A stretch of 63,889 nt of DNA, filler included, from Phoronis australis (taxonomy: Eukaryota > Animalia > Phoronida): the NCBI GenBank assembly GCA_002633005.1. It is 3 parts of 3 records of this genome, joined end to end, with 100 filler letters (N's around TTAATTAATTAA, not from the genome) between each part and the next. Parts side by side here need not be neighbours in the genome. Positions count along the whole stretch, not along the records: positions 11,566 to 42,100 come from NMRA01000333.1; positions 42,201 to 63,889 come from NMRA01000023.1; 1 more part is not named here. One strand, given 5' to 3'. Shown piece after piece: positions 39,166-51,700 of the stretch. Positions within the stretch are counted from its first letter, which is position 1, and each line of letters begins with the position of its first letter. Both the position numbers and the translations under genes were made by a program. A model generated the notes under the pieces. That model was not told where the DNA came from and searched no databases. It saw nothing but the letters and a program-made list of their open reading frames with translations.

Positions 39166-42100
39166 AAAAAGCAAATCGCTAAATCTCGCCGATGTCTGCC
39201 AAACATTCGTTGAAATCAAGGTCGATGGCTTCACCATTTAGATACCCTTACTCACCAGGTGCAAGATAGTGTTAAGGTTAGCTGTTCGAATCTGCGCTGG
39301 GGCTCAGTGACTACAGACAGTAATGCTATTCACGTCCATACTGCCACTTTATAAAGGGTACGATAATGTGAATCCAAATCAGCAAAATGCAGGGCCACTA
39401 GGTATGTATCCATGGCGTTTATAAGAGTTAATCCTCAATAACAATGCCATAACATTTTCAGTATAACGAAGGGGGTGCTTGTATCAACCTAAATTCCTTT
39501 TTCTTAAAAACGAAGTTTTTCATGTTCCCAAACACAACACGTAAACATTACTGGTTTTCTTCGCACACACCATGTCAGATAAAAAGATCACGAGTAGATA
39601 TTTCTGCGTATTAACCGTCTCGGAGTCTCCGAAACGGGGCAGAAGGTGAGGGTCTGCTCTTGGTACTCTGTCGACACTGAAATCCGAATTATTCTAATAT
39701 TTTTCTGCAACGCATAGGACAATGGGTGTCAATAACCGTATATGAAAGGGCGCGACGGTATGCTTAGATGAATTTTAAATCAAGTTTGCACTTGATGATC
39801 CCTAATAAAAATGGTGTCAGTAAGTGCTAACAAATTCAAATTTGTAATAAGCCGGAATATCGGGTACCTATTTTAATTACTTTTTTGATGCGGAAGAGCA
39901 GAAAATGTCAGACATATTTTGGAGTTCCGAGCTCTGGGATTAGACCGCGAGCCGGATCAAGGTTTCCGTGCGCTGGCGGGTTGTTAGGCGTAATGAAGTG
40001 GGTATTAATTGTTGACTGTCACTTTCCTTGCAAGAAGCTGCTCCGTCCATCAGCTTGAAGCTAAGAAGCATCAGTGGTGAACAACTGATGTTGGCCGATA
40101 GCTTAAATTCTCAAGTCAACAACTGTAAGTGTCTAATCTAGTAAAATTACTGACTGGCCGTTCACTAAGTTGCGCAAAGCTCTACACTGCGTTTTATTAA
40201 AACGTGGCAGAAGGAGACGCTGCTCGTGGATGTTATTTACGATAAAGAGATATCCGCAACCAAAAATAGCGTTATCACGTTTAGTTTTTCGGGTGGTCTG
40301 GGCTGGGCCGTAGCACTCCAGTCCTAAGTTGCCTTCACAAACGGAAAACCGAAGAAATTGCCACTAGGGGCACACCGGTAGTCGGATCCGTCCAAAAGTC
40401 GTCATGTTCTGTTGTTAACATCATATAAATAAACTTACACAATTTCGTAAAGATCCTGCGAACGGTTTAGGAGATACAGCGATAGGCGAAAAAAAAAACA
40501 TACATACCCCAAGGGGCTTATGGGAATGGTCCTATCAAGCAAGTGACTTTTCATTCAAACAGAGTTCAATCGTTTTGCAATGTGGTTTAAAGATAGAGAA
40601 ATATTTCACTTTGTCAAGGGTATTTCTAACTTAAAATATTTTAACGATAATCCTTTAAAGAGCCTCCATGGGCGCTTTATGTGGGTGGTGATTTATGAGA
40701 ATGTACACGACAATAGCACTTTGTTACTACGTACCTTTAACAAACTTTGCGAATAATCCCAATCGGCAACCGCAAACACTCCATCGCAAGATGATAGGCA
40801 TATTATACCTTCTAGTACACACAAGGCATGTGCGCACTCGTCTACATGAGTGTCCAGAGGTATTGATGCCTCACTTTCAACAGCCGATGAGGTATTTTCA
40901 TAGACAGAGCATGCAGGTTCAGAGGATGCATCCCTTGGGTGCTTTAAATAAACAGTACATCTTAAAAAGAATAAGCATAAACTTGTTTTTAATGTTACAT
41001 AAGGCCAAAGATTTGAACAACTTAGAACATCAGGGTACAAAAACACTGTTAGGAAGTTCTTTAAAATGTTTCACTTCTGCATGAGAGACTATAGATTTTT
41101 TAAGAAATAACTATCACAAAAAAGAAATGATAATTTAAGAAACTGTGGCTACTTTGAACATCCACCCTAAAGGGGAATTTCGTCAAGTTATAGACTGTTT
41201 TGCTAAATAATAAACGCACCCTTCCGTGTTGCTATATTTTCATAAAAAGACATTGGTCACACGACCCAAGTAATGAAATTGAACTAAGCCAGCCAGATGC
41301 TGTTTGCAAAGTAACGTTCAATGCTTAAAATGTTAACAACATAGTAACAATGTTAAATTCTTGCCTCGAAACAGTCAAACTCTTCGAATTTTGAAATCAC
41401 TCTGAATAGTCCAATTACTTAGTTAATTTAAAACAAATAAGGACTATAAAAATTCTCCAGATTGTTAACAACAGGAAAATTCTCAATGTACATCATTTTA
41501 AGAACTAACGCTGACAGTGAAGAGCTCATGTGTACAACAACATGATGTGTCAGCGCATATATGGGTATGACTGTATAATTTTTGCATACAATGTACTAAA
41601 TACAGCCACAGGATACAAGAGGCTTTACTTAATTGCGAACCAAGTGCCCCCGTGCAGGCCTTTATCCAGGATTTTGAAAATAGGGTGTCCAAAATGGGGT
41701 TCCCATATTCCAGGGCGTCCATGATTCCGACGCGTAACCCCCCCACCCTCAGCAATACCCCCAAACACACAGATTTTTTACACAAAAATGCATAGATCAA
41801 GGTTTTTACATCTAAGATTATGAAACAGCCTTATATGGTGAGCATTTTTACTAAAAAACTGTGTAGACCAAGACAATGCTGTCAATCAAGTGTCAAAATA
41901 GCAACAATGCATATACTTTGTATATACATTGTATATTTCTTTCTGCTTTGAAAAAAAGAGCCCAACTGTGAGCCTTCAGAGGCTTCCTAGTATTCATTAC
42001 AATGTGTGAGTCCAAACTTGAAAGGTTCCTATTGACAGTGGGCGTCCAAACTATACATTGGGCGTCCTTGCCAGGGTGTCCAGATTAGTGCTAGGGCGTC

Positions 42101-42355
42101 NNNNNNNNNNNNNNNNNNNNNNNNNNNNNNNNNNNNNNNNNNNNTTAATTAATTAANNNNNNNNNNNNNNNNNNNNNNNNNNNNNNNNNNNNNNNNNNNN
42201 ACAATATGAATATGTGCTGCTAGCCTACCCGGCATCGGGTGAGTTTCCAAAAAGAAACACTTAGTTCCACTCAATAAAACTGTTATTCAGTGGGGTAACT
42301 GGTGGGGATAACATCACCGAACGATGTTGATAGAAACTGATTGCTAAAAACTTAC

Positions 42356-42516
42356 CAAGTAATGTTGTGTAGTCTCCGAATGGAACTGCATAGTCATAGA
42401 CATAGAGCACGCACGGGGCTTCAGCATCCACACACTTTTTGTCAGTTAGTTGACCCTGTTGACCGCAGTTGTCCACGAATATAGTAACCTTAGGTCTTTT
42501 GGGAATTTGTGGCCAC
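42356..42516 (-). CDS. Candidate orphan coding exon (WPQIPKRPKVTIFVDNCGQQGQLTDKKCVDAEAPCVLYVYDYAVPFGDYTTLL)
   Basis: ttcgacag acceptor, G|gtaagt donor, open frame, phase 2/1. No family recognised. Confidence 0.4.
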
Positions 42517-45500
42517 CTGTCGAAGACTTGCACCAGGGAAATTAGCAGTAATAAGGCTTAGCGCGACGACGTATTTTGATAAAAAATCCATCTTTTACCA
42601 GTTGTTTACATGCAGACAGCCACACATGCGCAATTCAATCACCACTAGTACAGCAGCGACACCGCGAGGAGAATTCTCCGAATAGCCCCATTGGTACAAG
42701 TAGCAAAACAATTTCATGAAATCAACTTGAAGGGACTTTGTGAAGGTTAAGAATTACCTCACCATGCTCTTTTCCCCAAACATGTATTACCTGTTATTTC
42801 CACACATTCAGTTGTACCAAATATTACAACCCCCATGCCAATCCCCCCTCGGGACCTGAATGAATAATTTAACAAAATGACTTTAAAAATCGCTGTCCCT
42901 TTTCAAAGGCTTTGTTCGTTGTCTCCAATATTGAAAGTAGGCTTTGACAACAGATCTGCTCTGGATGGGAAGATCTTGTTGGTTAGCTGCAGTCAAATGC
43001 TAAAAACCAATTTTTGTCGATTCAGGGACGGTGCAGAAGCGATGCCGCATATCTCCTCAGGACGGTACAAGCCTTCAAACCTAAAAACCAAAGGTTACGT
43101 GAAAACTGACGTGATAGATTTCCATTTCAACGTGTAATAGATTTCCAGAATATATATGATAGGGAGTAAACAAATAGTCTAATGAAATGGACATTTATCA
43201 CTCACGTACCCTTTGCCATTGGGATTGGATTGTAATCTTAACTCATTAACCTGTATCGAGTTGACAGCATAAACATTCAGCATTGATTGATGTAACTGTC
43301 ACTGATAAACTTTTAGAAATAATTCCAAACAATAATAATGCTTTGATGTACGAAAAGATCCCGATTGCTACGTCAAGTATCGGATCGCATATCACAACAT
43401 ACAAAGATTAACCAGACTCTGGCTGGCTTCTGACTGCCGCGAAGTCGACATCGGCGAGTGCCTCAGTTAACAGGCATAAGTAGAATAATCATGGAATAAT
43501 CGTTGAATTAATCACAAACCTTACCTTTGTATGAGGTCGTGCTTACTTCCTCTCATAGAAGCACTCTTTTTAAGCAATCTCAGATTCAGTTGGCACGGCT
43601 GCAAGCCATTTCACCATATATTTAAAGGGCTCGCGAAATCGAGGCTGTTAATCTATCACCACTAGTACACGCACGCCCTCTAGTTATTGTAGATTTTCCG
43701 AATAGCCCCATTGCCATATTGAAAGTGGTTCTTTACCACTGAAACAAAATTCAACCAGCTCACCTGGTATTGTTATTGTTTGTTAGTAAAGATTCATAAT
43801 TTCAGCTGATATCAAAGCCTTTTCTTTAAATTTCAATTTTCAAAAAAATAATCCGTCAAACTGTTCACCACCACGTCTTCATTTTTACTCCCACAAGGCA
43901 AAGCATGTCTCCTTATTTGGTATGAGATGACATAGACGTAGCACATTTTCCTGATGAAGAAAATGTGACTTTTGACCTCAAGCGACTTCAGGCAACTGAT
44001 CGTGAGCGCATGTGCGCATTCATCATAAGTGCGAGTGAAATTAACAACGCTGTGGTAACCAATGAATTTTTCCTTCTCGCGTTTTTTGAAAATCGTGAAT
44101 TTTGGGTTTTTTCTGAAAACTTCGTCACCCGAAAAAGAGAATTTCTCTGTACTAGGCGTTGCGAGGTGGTACATATTTACTTTCGTCAAAAGTTTTTTAA
44201 CAGATATTTTTAACGAGCTTTCGCTTTCCATGCTTCTTTAAAGCGCGCTGTGGGCACAAAGTCGAAACAGCGAAATGTCAAATTACCGATCAAATTAATG
44301 AATTTGTGAGAGTATTTCACAACTTTCTTTGTTCGTGAGCACAAAATCACAGAGGCGGTGCAAGACTCAGATTCGGTGTATTCGTTCTTCTTGAAAAAAA
44401 TGCTGAACATGTGGAAAATTCCGCATATACTACTGTCTTTTTTCAGGGAAGTTAATTTCTCTACAGGACATGATATACTGTACTGTGATTATATTAGCCA
44501 CACGATTCCGTGAACTATCACATGCAATGCGACCTATTGGTGCCTTCAAAATCTGAGATGGTCGGTGCCTAACATGTAGGTTTACGTCATTGTGACTGTG
44601 CATGGGTGAGGTACCAATGGGATAGAGAAGATTAGTTAAAATGTCTTGTCGTATCCATTGAGAGAAGGCCGTACAAGCTTCCCGCAGTATCAAATGATAT
44701 CTTATCATGTAGTGATATTTTAATCTCTCTTGCAATGTCCGGCGAAACAGCACTTATGACTATGGAAACCCGAAACGGAAAAAGTCAAAAGCTCCTATTG
44801 TACTTTTGAAATATTAATGTACAATCCTAAAGAAGTATTGTCAATTCTTGTTGACAAAATAATCTCACTAAATTACATATTTTACATCCAGAAACCCTTT
44901 GCACATAATGCATGTAATAGTATCACTTGCATCAATAAAATTCGCTGCAGAAAAAAATTAACATGTCACAAAACAACGCGTTATCGAAAATGTGTCCACC
45001 GCAGAACAAAGATTACATTAAAGTAATCAATCTTGCATGCCGCGAAAGCGTGACCGCAAATGAGCACGTGATCACGAAACCGATGACGACAGGATTCATT
45101 CTAAGCAAGATGGCTGAGGTAAGGAGTTTCTGAATTTCAATTTCCTTCTCAACACAATGGGAATATCCGTCAGATAAAGCTCATCACCAAGCATGGTACC
45201 GTCGTCATCACTTTGAGGTGTCACGTGCAATTGACCTGTCAAATGCTTTTGCACTCATAAAATGTTTGGTAGCATATGTTTCGGTCCTGGAATTATTCGA
45301 ACTATATCAGATGCGTTATTTTTTAATGTATTATGAGTATAAAACGCAGTGGTGTATGTTTTCACCTAATATGGTGTTAGAACGCTGGTTTTGATCGTTA
45401 TCCTTGGTCTTGGTTAGTGAAAATGAGGTTTTGAACCTAAATTTTATTTTTAGATAGGAAATGAGTGTTTTGGGATATTTCCCGTTTTGGCTCTCCATAC

Positions 45501-45640
45501 ATGACACCGCTGGATCAAGATTAAGAGCACTAGAACAGGGAGACAGGCTCTTGTGAAGTAACATACGGCGGATACTGTCTGATACCGTGGTGTATAAAAA
45601 TTTCCCATTTGCCATCCATCATAATCTTTCGGACAGAATT

Positions 45641-45715
45641 ATGAGCGTCTGGGTGATTTTGAGTCTGTTGTGTGTGGTGAGCACCCTCGGTGCCCCACTT
45701 GAGGAAGCCAATTCG
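45641..45715 (+). CDS. Astacin exon 1, signal peptide
   Basis: Hydrophobic N-terminus, predicted cleavage at LG-AP, donor gtaaga. Confidence 0.8.
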
Positions 45716-48700
45716 GTAAGATCCGCTATAGAGGTTTAATACGTCGACACAAGCCCGTAACAAACCACATATAATTATGACTTCGTCAAAGCCTGGTGCC
45801 TCCAAAGCATTGATGTTGTTCGAAAATTCCACCCCATCTTATTACCACCCTTTTCGCTACCCTTTTCCAAAATTTATCATCAGCTATGTCCCTTGCTTGC
45901 CATTGGCGTTGCTGTGAAAGTTTAGAGCTTTTAGGAAAATGATGTAGCCTTGCCCGAATTTCATGAACATACAAGTTTCCCTGAACTCAATTTTAAGTTG
46001 GCGAGACGATTTTGTGGAGTTTGGTAAAACGGGAGTCGGGTTATATATAAACTGTTCTTTTTAATTTCATCAAGTATCAAAACTCACAGAGTAACAATCA
46101 GTTTCTTAAACGAATAGCTTTAAACGGTAAAACATCGCCTTGGCATTAGAATCCTTAGTAAATGTTTGTTTATCCCTACACACCATGTAGAAACAAATGA
46201 AATCTCACGGCTACATAATATGCAAAAAAAACATCTATGGCATACGTTCAACCCTCTGGACAGATTTCGTGGCCGAATTTTTGTAGCAAGGAAATAGCAT
46301 TTTTGTCGACCATTTGTTAGAGTATGATGAGACACTTTCGCCTCACGTTTTTACGTTGGCCTGTTTATTTCGAAAACCACTGTACATCGTAACCCAATAT
46401 AAGAACTAAAGTCACTCGCGCTGCGTACCGGCATTAGAACTGTTTCTTCAGGTACAAAAAACTGTACCTTCGACTAAAGAATATTTAGAACGTTCCTTTT
46501 TATGTTATCCGTGTCCAGCACTTGTACTTTTTGTCTTTCGTTTTTACGTTTTTATTATATTTCTCTGTACTTGTGGGTTTCTAATAAATTTAAAACTATT
46601 ATTATTATTCCCAGCGGCAAATTGTTCCCAGCATATTGATGTTTTCATACCAGTGTTTGGGTTTTCAAAATCACATCGGACAGTCCACTTTTAAAGTGGT
46701 TTACGCATGGCCTTTGACCCCGTGTCATATGCAAATGAGTTGCACACACGCAATACATGTGCTTCATTGGGCATTGGAGCTACCAAAGCAACGCTCTGAA
46801 ATGCAAAAAATAATTCAAACTTTGCTGCACGATATTTCTACCATTAGCACTTGTTACTAAATTAATGTAGATATTTAGTCAGGTTTCCTTGTATGTTCCA
46901 GGAGGCATGTACAGACAAATGACGTGTATACTGTACCCGTGATTATTAATAATGCAGTCAAGGTTGAGAATTAAATCAAACATTGATTATTTTACAGGTT
47001 GTAGATGCTGACAAAGGTGAGTAACTCATTGACAAAAAAATTAGTTACCTTTGTCTTTTTGTGTTGTTCCTTAATTGTCAACATCTAGAAAATAGCTACA
47101 TGTTAATCTACATGTAGAAAATACGTGCGATAAGGTTACCTACTAACTCGCCATTGTTGAATCCAGTATAGTAGTTGATATATTTCTGATCTAAGTACTT
47201 GTAAATTTAGGGCATTCTTGCGATTTACATTTCATTATTTTGTCTTTTCAGACGTAGGCGAATACAACCCAGGTAAATTGACATCCCATTGAATTTGAGG
47301 AAAAAGGAAATTGAGCAAGAACATGAAGACAATGTCGGTAACAAACAAACTTTGATGTGATAGGGCGACTAGCCAACTATCTTAATAGATCAAACACCCC
47401 CACGATGCATTAGTTCGTTCATTTCCTGCATAGTTGTATATGATACAAAAGTTTCCTGTAAACCCAATAAAATATCGCACGGCCATGTCCGTAGGCACCA
47501 GGATTTTAGAAAATTCAATTGTATTAAAAGCAAAATACGAAACATGTGTTCTTATATATATATATACATATATATACGTATATATACATGTATATATATG
47601 TATATGTATGTATGTATGTATGTATATATATATATATATATATCGGAAATGAGCAATAACTACGTATGTTGCTGTTGATGTTGTTTTGTTATCATAATTA
47701 TTATTATTGATGCTGGTGGTGGGTGTCTGCCTTGGTCACTGTGCAGCTGGCGATACTAACATTGTCGCACTACTAAACAGTGTTCTCGCTTTTGCTTGTA
47801 GATCTATACCAGGGGGACATTCTGTTGCCAAAGGTATGTTTATTCACGCCGTGACCATCTTCAGGATAAGCAGTTTTCGTTTATGCTAAGTAAACGTATT
47901 TTAAGCAAGATTTATAATCATTATCACTCAAAATGCATGGACTCAAAACATCTAATCCATGCATTCACATTCTCAATTTCGATCCAACAAATAATCTTTC
48001 TGTCCTCGTCTAATGTTGTGTTTTAAATATAAAATGCGCCATTATAGGCGAGCAGAAATATACATATTTTAGAGGTCGCAAACAAGTTTTGATGTCAATT
48101 AAACGACATGGGTATCAAAGAACTTTACCTAGGATTAGCCAACATTTTCCGTTGAGGAAACGTTTCCTTAGGCGGATTTAGGGGGGGGGGCAGGGGGCCC
48201 GGGCCCGCACCCCTTGGCTGCCGCAAAAAAAATAAAACAGCAAGAGCTTAGGGAAATGTTGGGTTTATTAATTAACCCCGGTAATTAAAATTAAGTGGAT
48301 GAAACAAGATTTAAATGTGTACAGTTTTAGTGTTTGGGGAGGGGGGGAGGGGCTCAGATCCAATGTCAAGTGTCAAATTCGTAACGGAACTATGGTTAAG
48401 TATAGGCTCTCCCGCGATATCCCAGGCGACCGACAGTGGCGCTGCGCACTACGACTCCGTTTCCGTCGTCTGGTCCATTGTTCAATGAAGAAAATTTACT
48501 TCAGTTTTTAAAGAAAATGGAACTTGAGTGGCGATGAAAAAACAGAAGCTGCTGGTATGATGTTAATTTTAATCGAAGCCTTGATGAATCACTCAGAAAC
48601 TCATAATTCTCTCTTTGTCAAACCTTAACTTAAGACGATTTTCAAAGCAATCCTGTCATTACTGCCAACACATTTGAAGACTATTCTAAATACAACAAAT

Positions 48701-51700
48701 TTGTTAAGAACCGATTGCATAAAGTATAAAACGTGTAATAAGCATAACAAAAAGCAGTTGGTTTCGCGCGCAAACGCTGTGGACCATAAACAAGTAGGTC
48801 TCTTAGTATACGATTAGTAGTTAAATTGTGGTGGTGTAGTGGTTAAGCACGCGCGCAATAAAAGCCAGGTCGTGAGTTCGAGTGTGTGGTACATGCAGTT
48901 TTTCCCGTTTGAAACGTTCTCCGTGTCTTTTTTTCTTGGATAATACTTGTGGTGGTGTAGTGGTAAAGCACGCGCGCAAAAAAGCCAGGTCGTGAGTTCG
49001 AGTCTATGGTACATGCAGTTTTTCCCGTTTGACACGTTCTCCGTGTCTTTTTTTCTTGGATAATACTTGTGGTGGTGTAGTGGTAAAGCACGCGCGCAAA
49101 AAAGTCAGGTCGTGAGTTCGAGTCTATGGTACATGCAGTTTTTCCCGTTTGACACGTTCTCCGTGTTTTTTTTTTCTTTTTTTTCTTGGATAATACTTTA
49201 GGAATCAAGGAAAATGCTTTATTTTTGAGGAAAAAACAGAACATTTTCCTGGACAAACCCCCTCCCAACCTCCCCCCATTCGGTGCTATACGCTTCTACA
49301 ATCGTGGTTTGCGCAAATGCTTACAGCCCAATAAAATGATGGGCCCCCCTTGTGATATCCTAGATCCGCCACTGCTATAGAATCAAACTTACCGACTAAG
49401 ACCAAAACGAGCGATTTTGAGTTTCAAGTCAGAATTTTATTGGCGGTTATATAAACGTGTATCTTGAACCGTTTTGCTCATCGTATGATGTGCTTGAGCT
49501 TTAAACAGAGTTACTGTATGAAATATGATTTACTTTCGCATTTTTAAAAACCCAAATCGTAGACGATTTGATAGACATCTGCGAATTGACGTACTAAAAA
49601 GAACATTTAGAACTCGTCGTTTCGTAAAACGGTTTGTTCTGCATACCGTGTAATCGCCAGGGTTCACATTCCACAGTCTACTTATACTTTCCAAGGCAGG
49701 TGACCACGGACAGATTACCTACTTACGTACTCGTTCTATGCTGCAGTTAAGAGGCAATTGTAATTTTGCGGAGAAACAGCGCTGCTTGTATAGAGCAAAT
49801 AGACGGAATCGGAGACTGGGATTCCACTTCACGATTTTGAACGTACTAGGGACATCTTAGGCAACCATTTAGGCCCCATCCGACCCCGTACCATCTACAG
49901 GTATTACACATTAATGGAAGTTTTTTCATTGTGTTGTTGTACGTGTGGTGGTATCCTCGTAGGAACCTGGCAAGAGCGATGAAACAGACTCAAATAGCGC
50001 ATTGTTTTAAATTATAAAAGCAGACTTCTTCCGGCAAGACAGTCGCAATTACTTCGATTTTAATTTACACACGGGCCACTGAATTCGCTCTCGAAGATTT
50101 CATTATGAATTTACCAAATTAACTCCAGTTACAAGGATTTCTTTGATAAAAAGCAAAGAACCGTGTTTGCAATGTAGCGAACGACCTAAACCGCTTTAGC
50201 TACAGGCAAATGTACGACCAGAATTAAGACTTATATAAACGGTTCCCTTCTTTAGGAAAAATACTGTAGAACGAAACCTACATGTATAATACAATGTGCG
50301 AAGACCCCTTTCAAGTGGAATGAATCGAGTGGTGCACTCTGAAATGCGTGTAGGTGACACAATAATCAAATGTCATGAAAATTTGACACATATAAGGACT
50401 TTTTTCTTATTACTCCAAAACCCATCCAACAAATTTTGCCATTCCTATTTGTTATATTTGAACATGTTCCTAGTAATTGGTATGATTAAAGCATTAACGC
50501 AAATGTCTGGCGAGTAGTTTCAAAAGTGTCAAAGTTCTATATTATTAACGTCTATAAACCCTTCTTCATTCAAAAAGTATTTTTATTAAACGAATTCTAG
50601 TTATGAACTTGGTCCCACATTCTTTTGTCGTCATTGTTTTAGATCAACGTTTAACGGTTGCTTGGTTATCAACCTTACAGTAGTTTAACATAAACTGTGG
50701 ACCTCAAAATAAAACATTTGCAAAAATGATAAATGCTTACTAAACTTTGATTTAGCCTTCAATAGAAATCGAAATAAAGTTAAAGCCACAAGTTTTAGAG
50801 TTTTTATCAACCACTTCCCTCCGTCTTCTATTTCTGTCGATGATTTAGATGTGCCCAAATGACCCAGATGCACTTTCGGTAATATTTGCGATCGACCGAG
50901 CACTACCGAACGTTTTAAGGTTATCGCCATTGTTGTAATCTGAAATTTACGAACATTGCATATATTATAAGCAATGACGTAATCCGACGAGACAATAGTT
51001 ATGGAAACCAGAAACAAAACAATAATTCGGTTTCTGGTGAGACCGGCCCAGTGAATTACGATTGACCCTCTAGAGTATCCGATAAAATGAACGCAAAATC
51101 CCAGTTTTGCGAACGTAATTTGCAAAAGAAAGGAAACCAAGAGGCTGAGTTATATACAATAGTTCTAATTTGCAATGTGGAAGTGGTTCTAAGCAGCAAC
51201 AAAAAATCGTCGCGAATTCTGACCCCAGCTAGGTCATTTCACAAACAGCGCAATTCTCTCAGAGTTTTTTTGCCTTTCGAAAATTCCCCAAGATTTTTGA
51301 TGTCTATATTTTATTTACACCATGTCCACGTTGTATCAACCCTTCTCGATAAAGCCGGGTTGACCTAGTTCAGCTAAATACATGTAACATACATGTACAA
51401 ACTCCGCCCACAGTTAACCACGCGATTCTGAGTATTCGGGCTCGATTATTCCTAAATTTCTGAATTGCGCAATACCTACATTTTATCAGGTGTTGAAATT
51501 ATAAATACCGTATTCAAGTAACTCTGAAAATTACTATCTATCACAGTCAAGAAACTCCTTCCGGTATAATGCCAAACGTACACATCTCGATCGCCGTCGT
51601 GCGTTATTGCCGATTTCCCGCATTGCGATTTTGTAATTTATTTCAATTTTTGAACATCGATTTCTCGGAGATGCGTTAACGGATTGCTATGCAATAGCGA

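Noticed and set aside
48814-49268. Repetitive Cys-containing ORFs on the minus strand
   Set aside because: By-products of the 120-bp tandem repeat, with no splice signals or recognisable domain.
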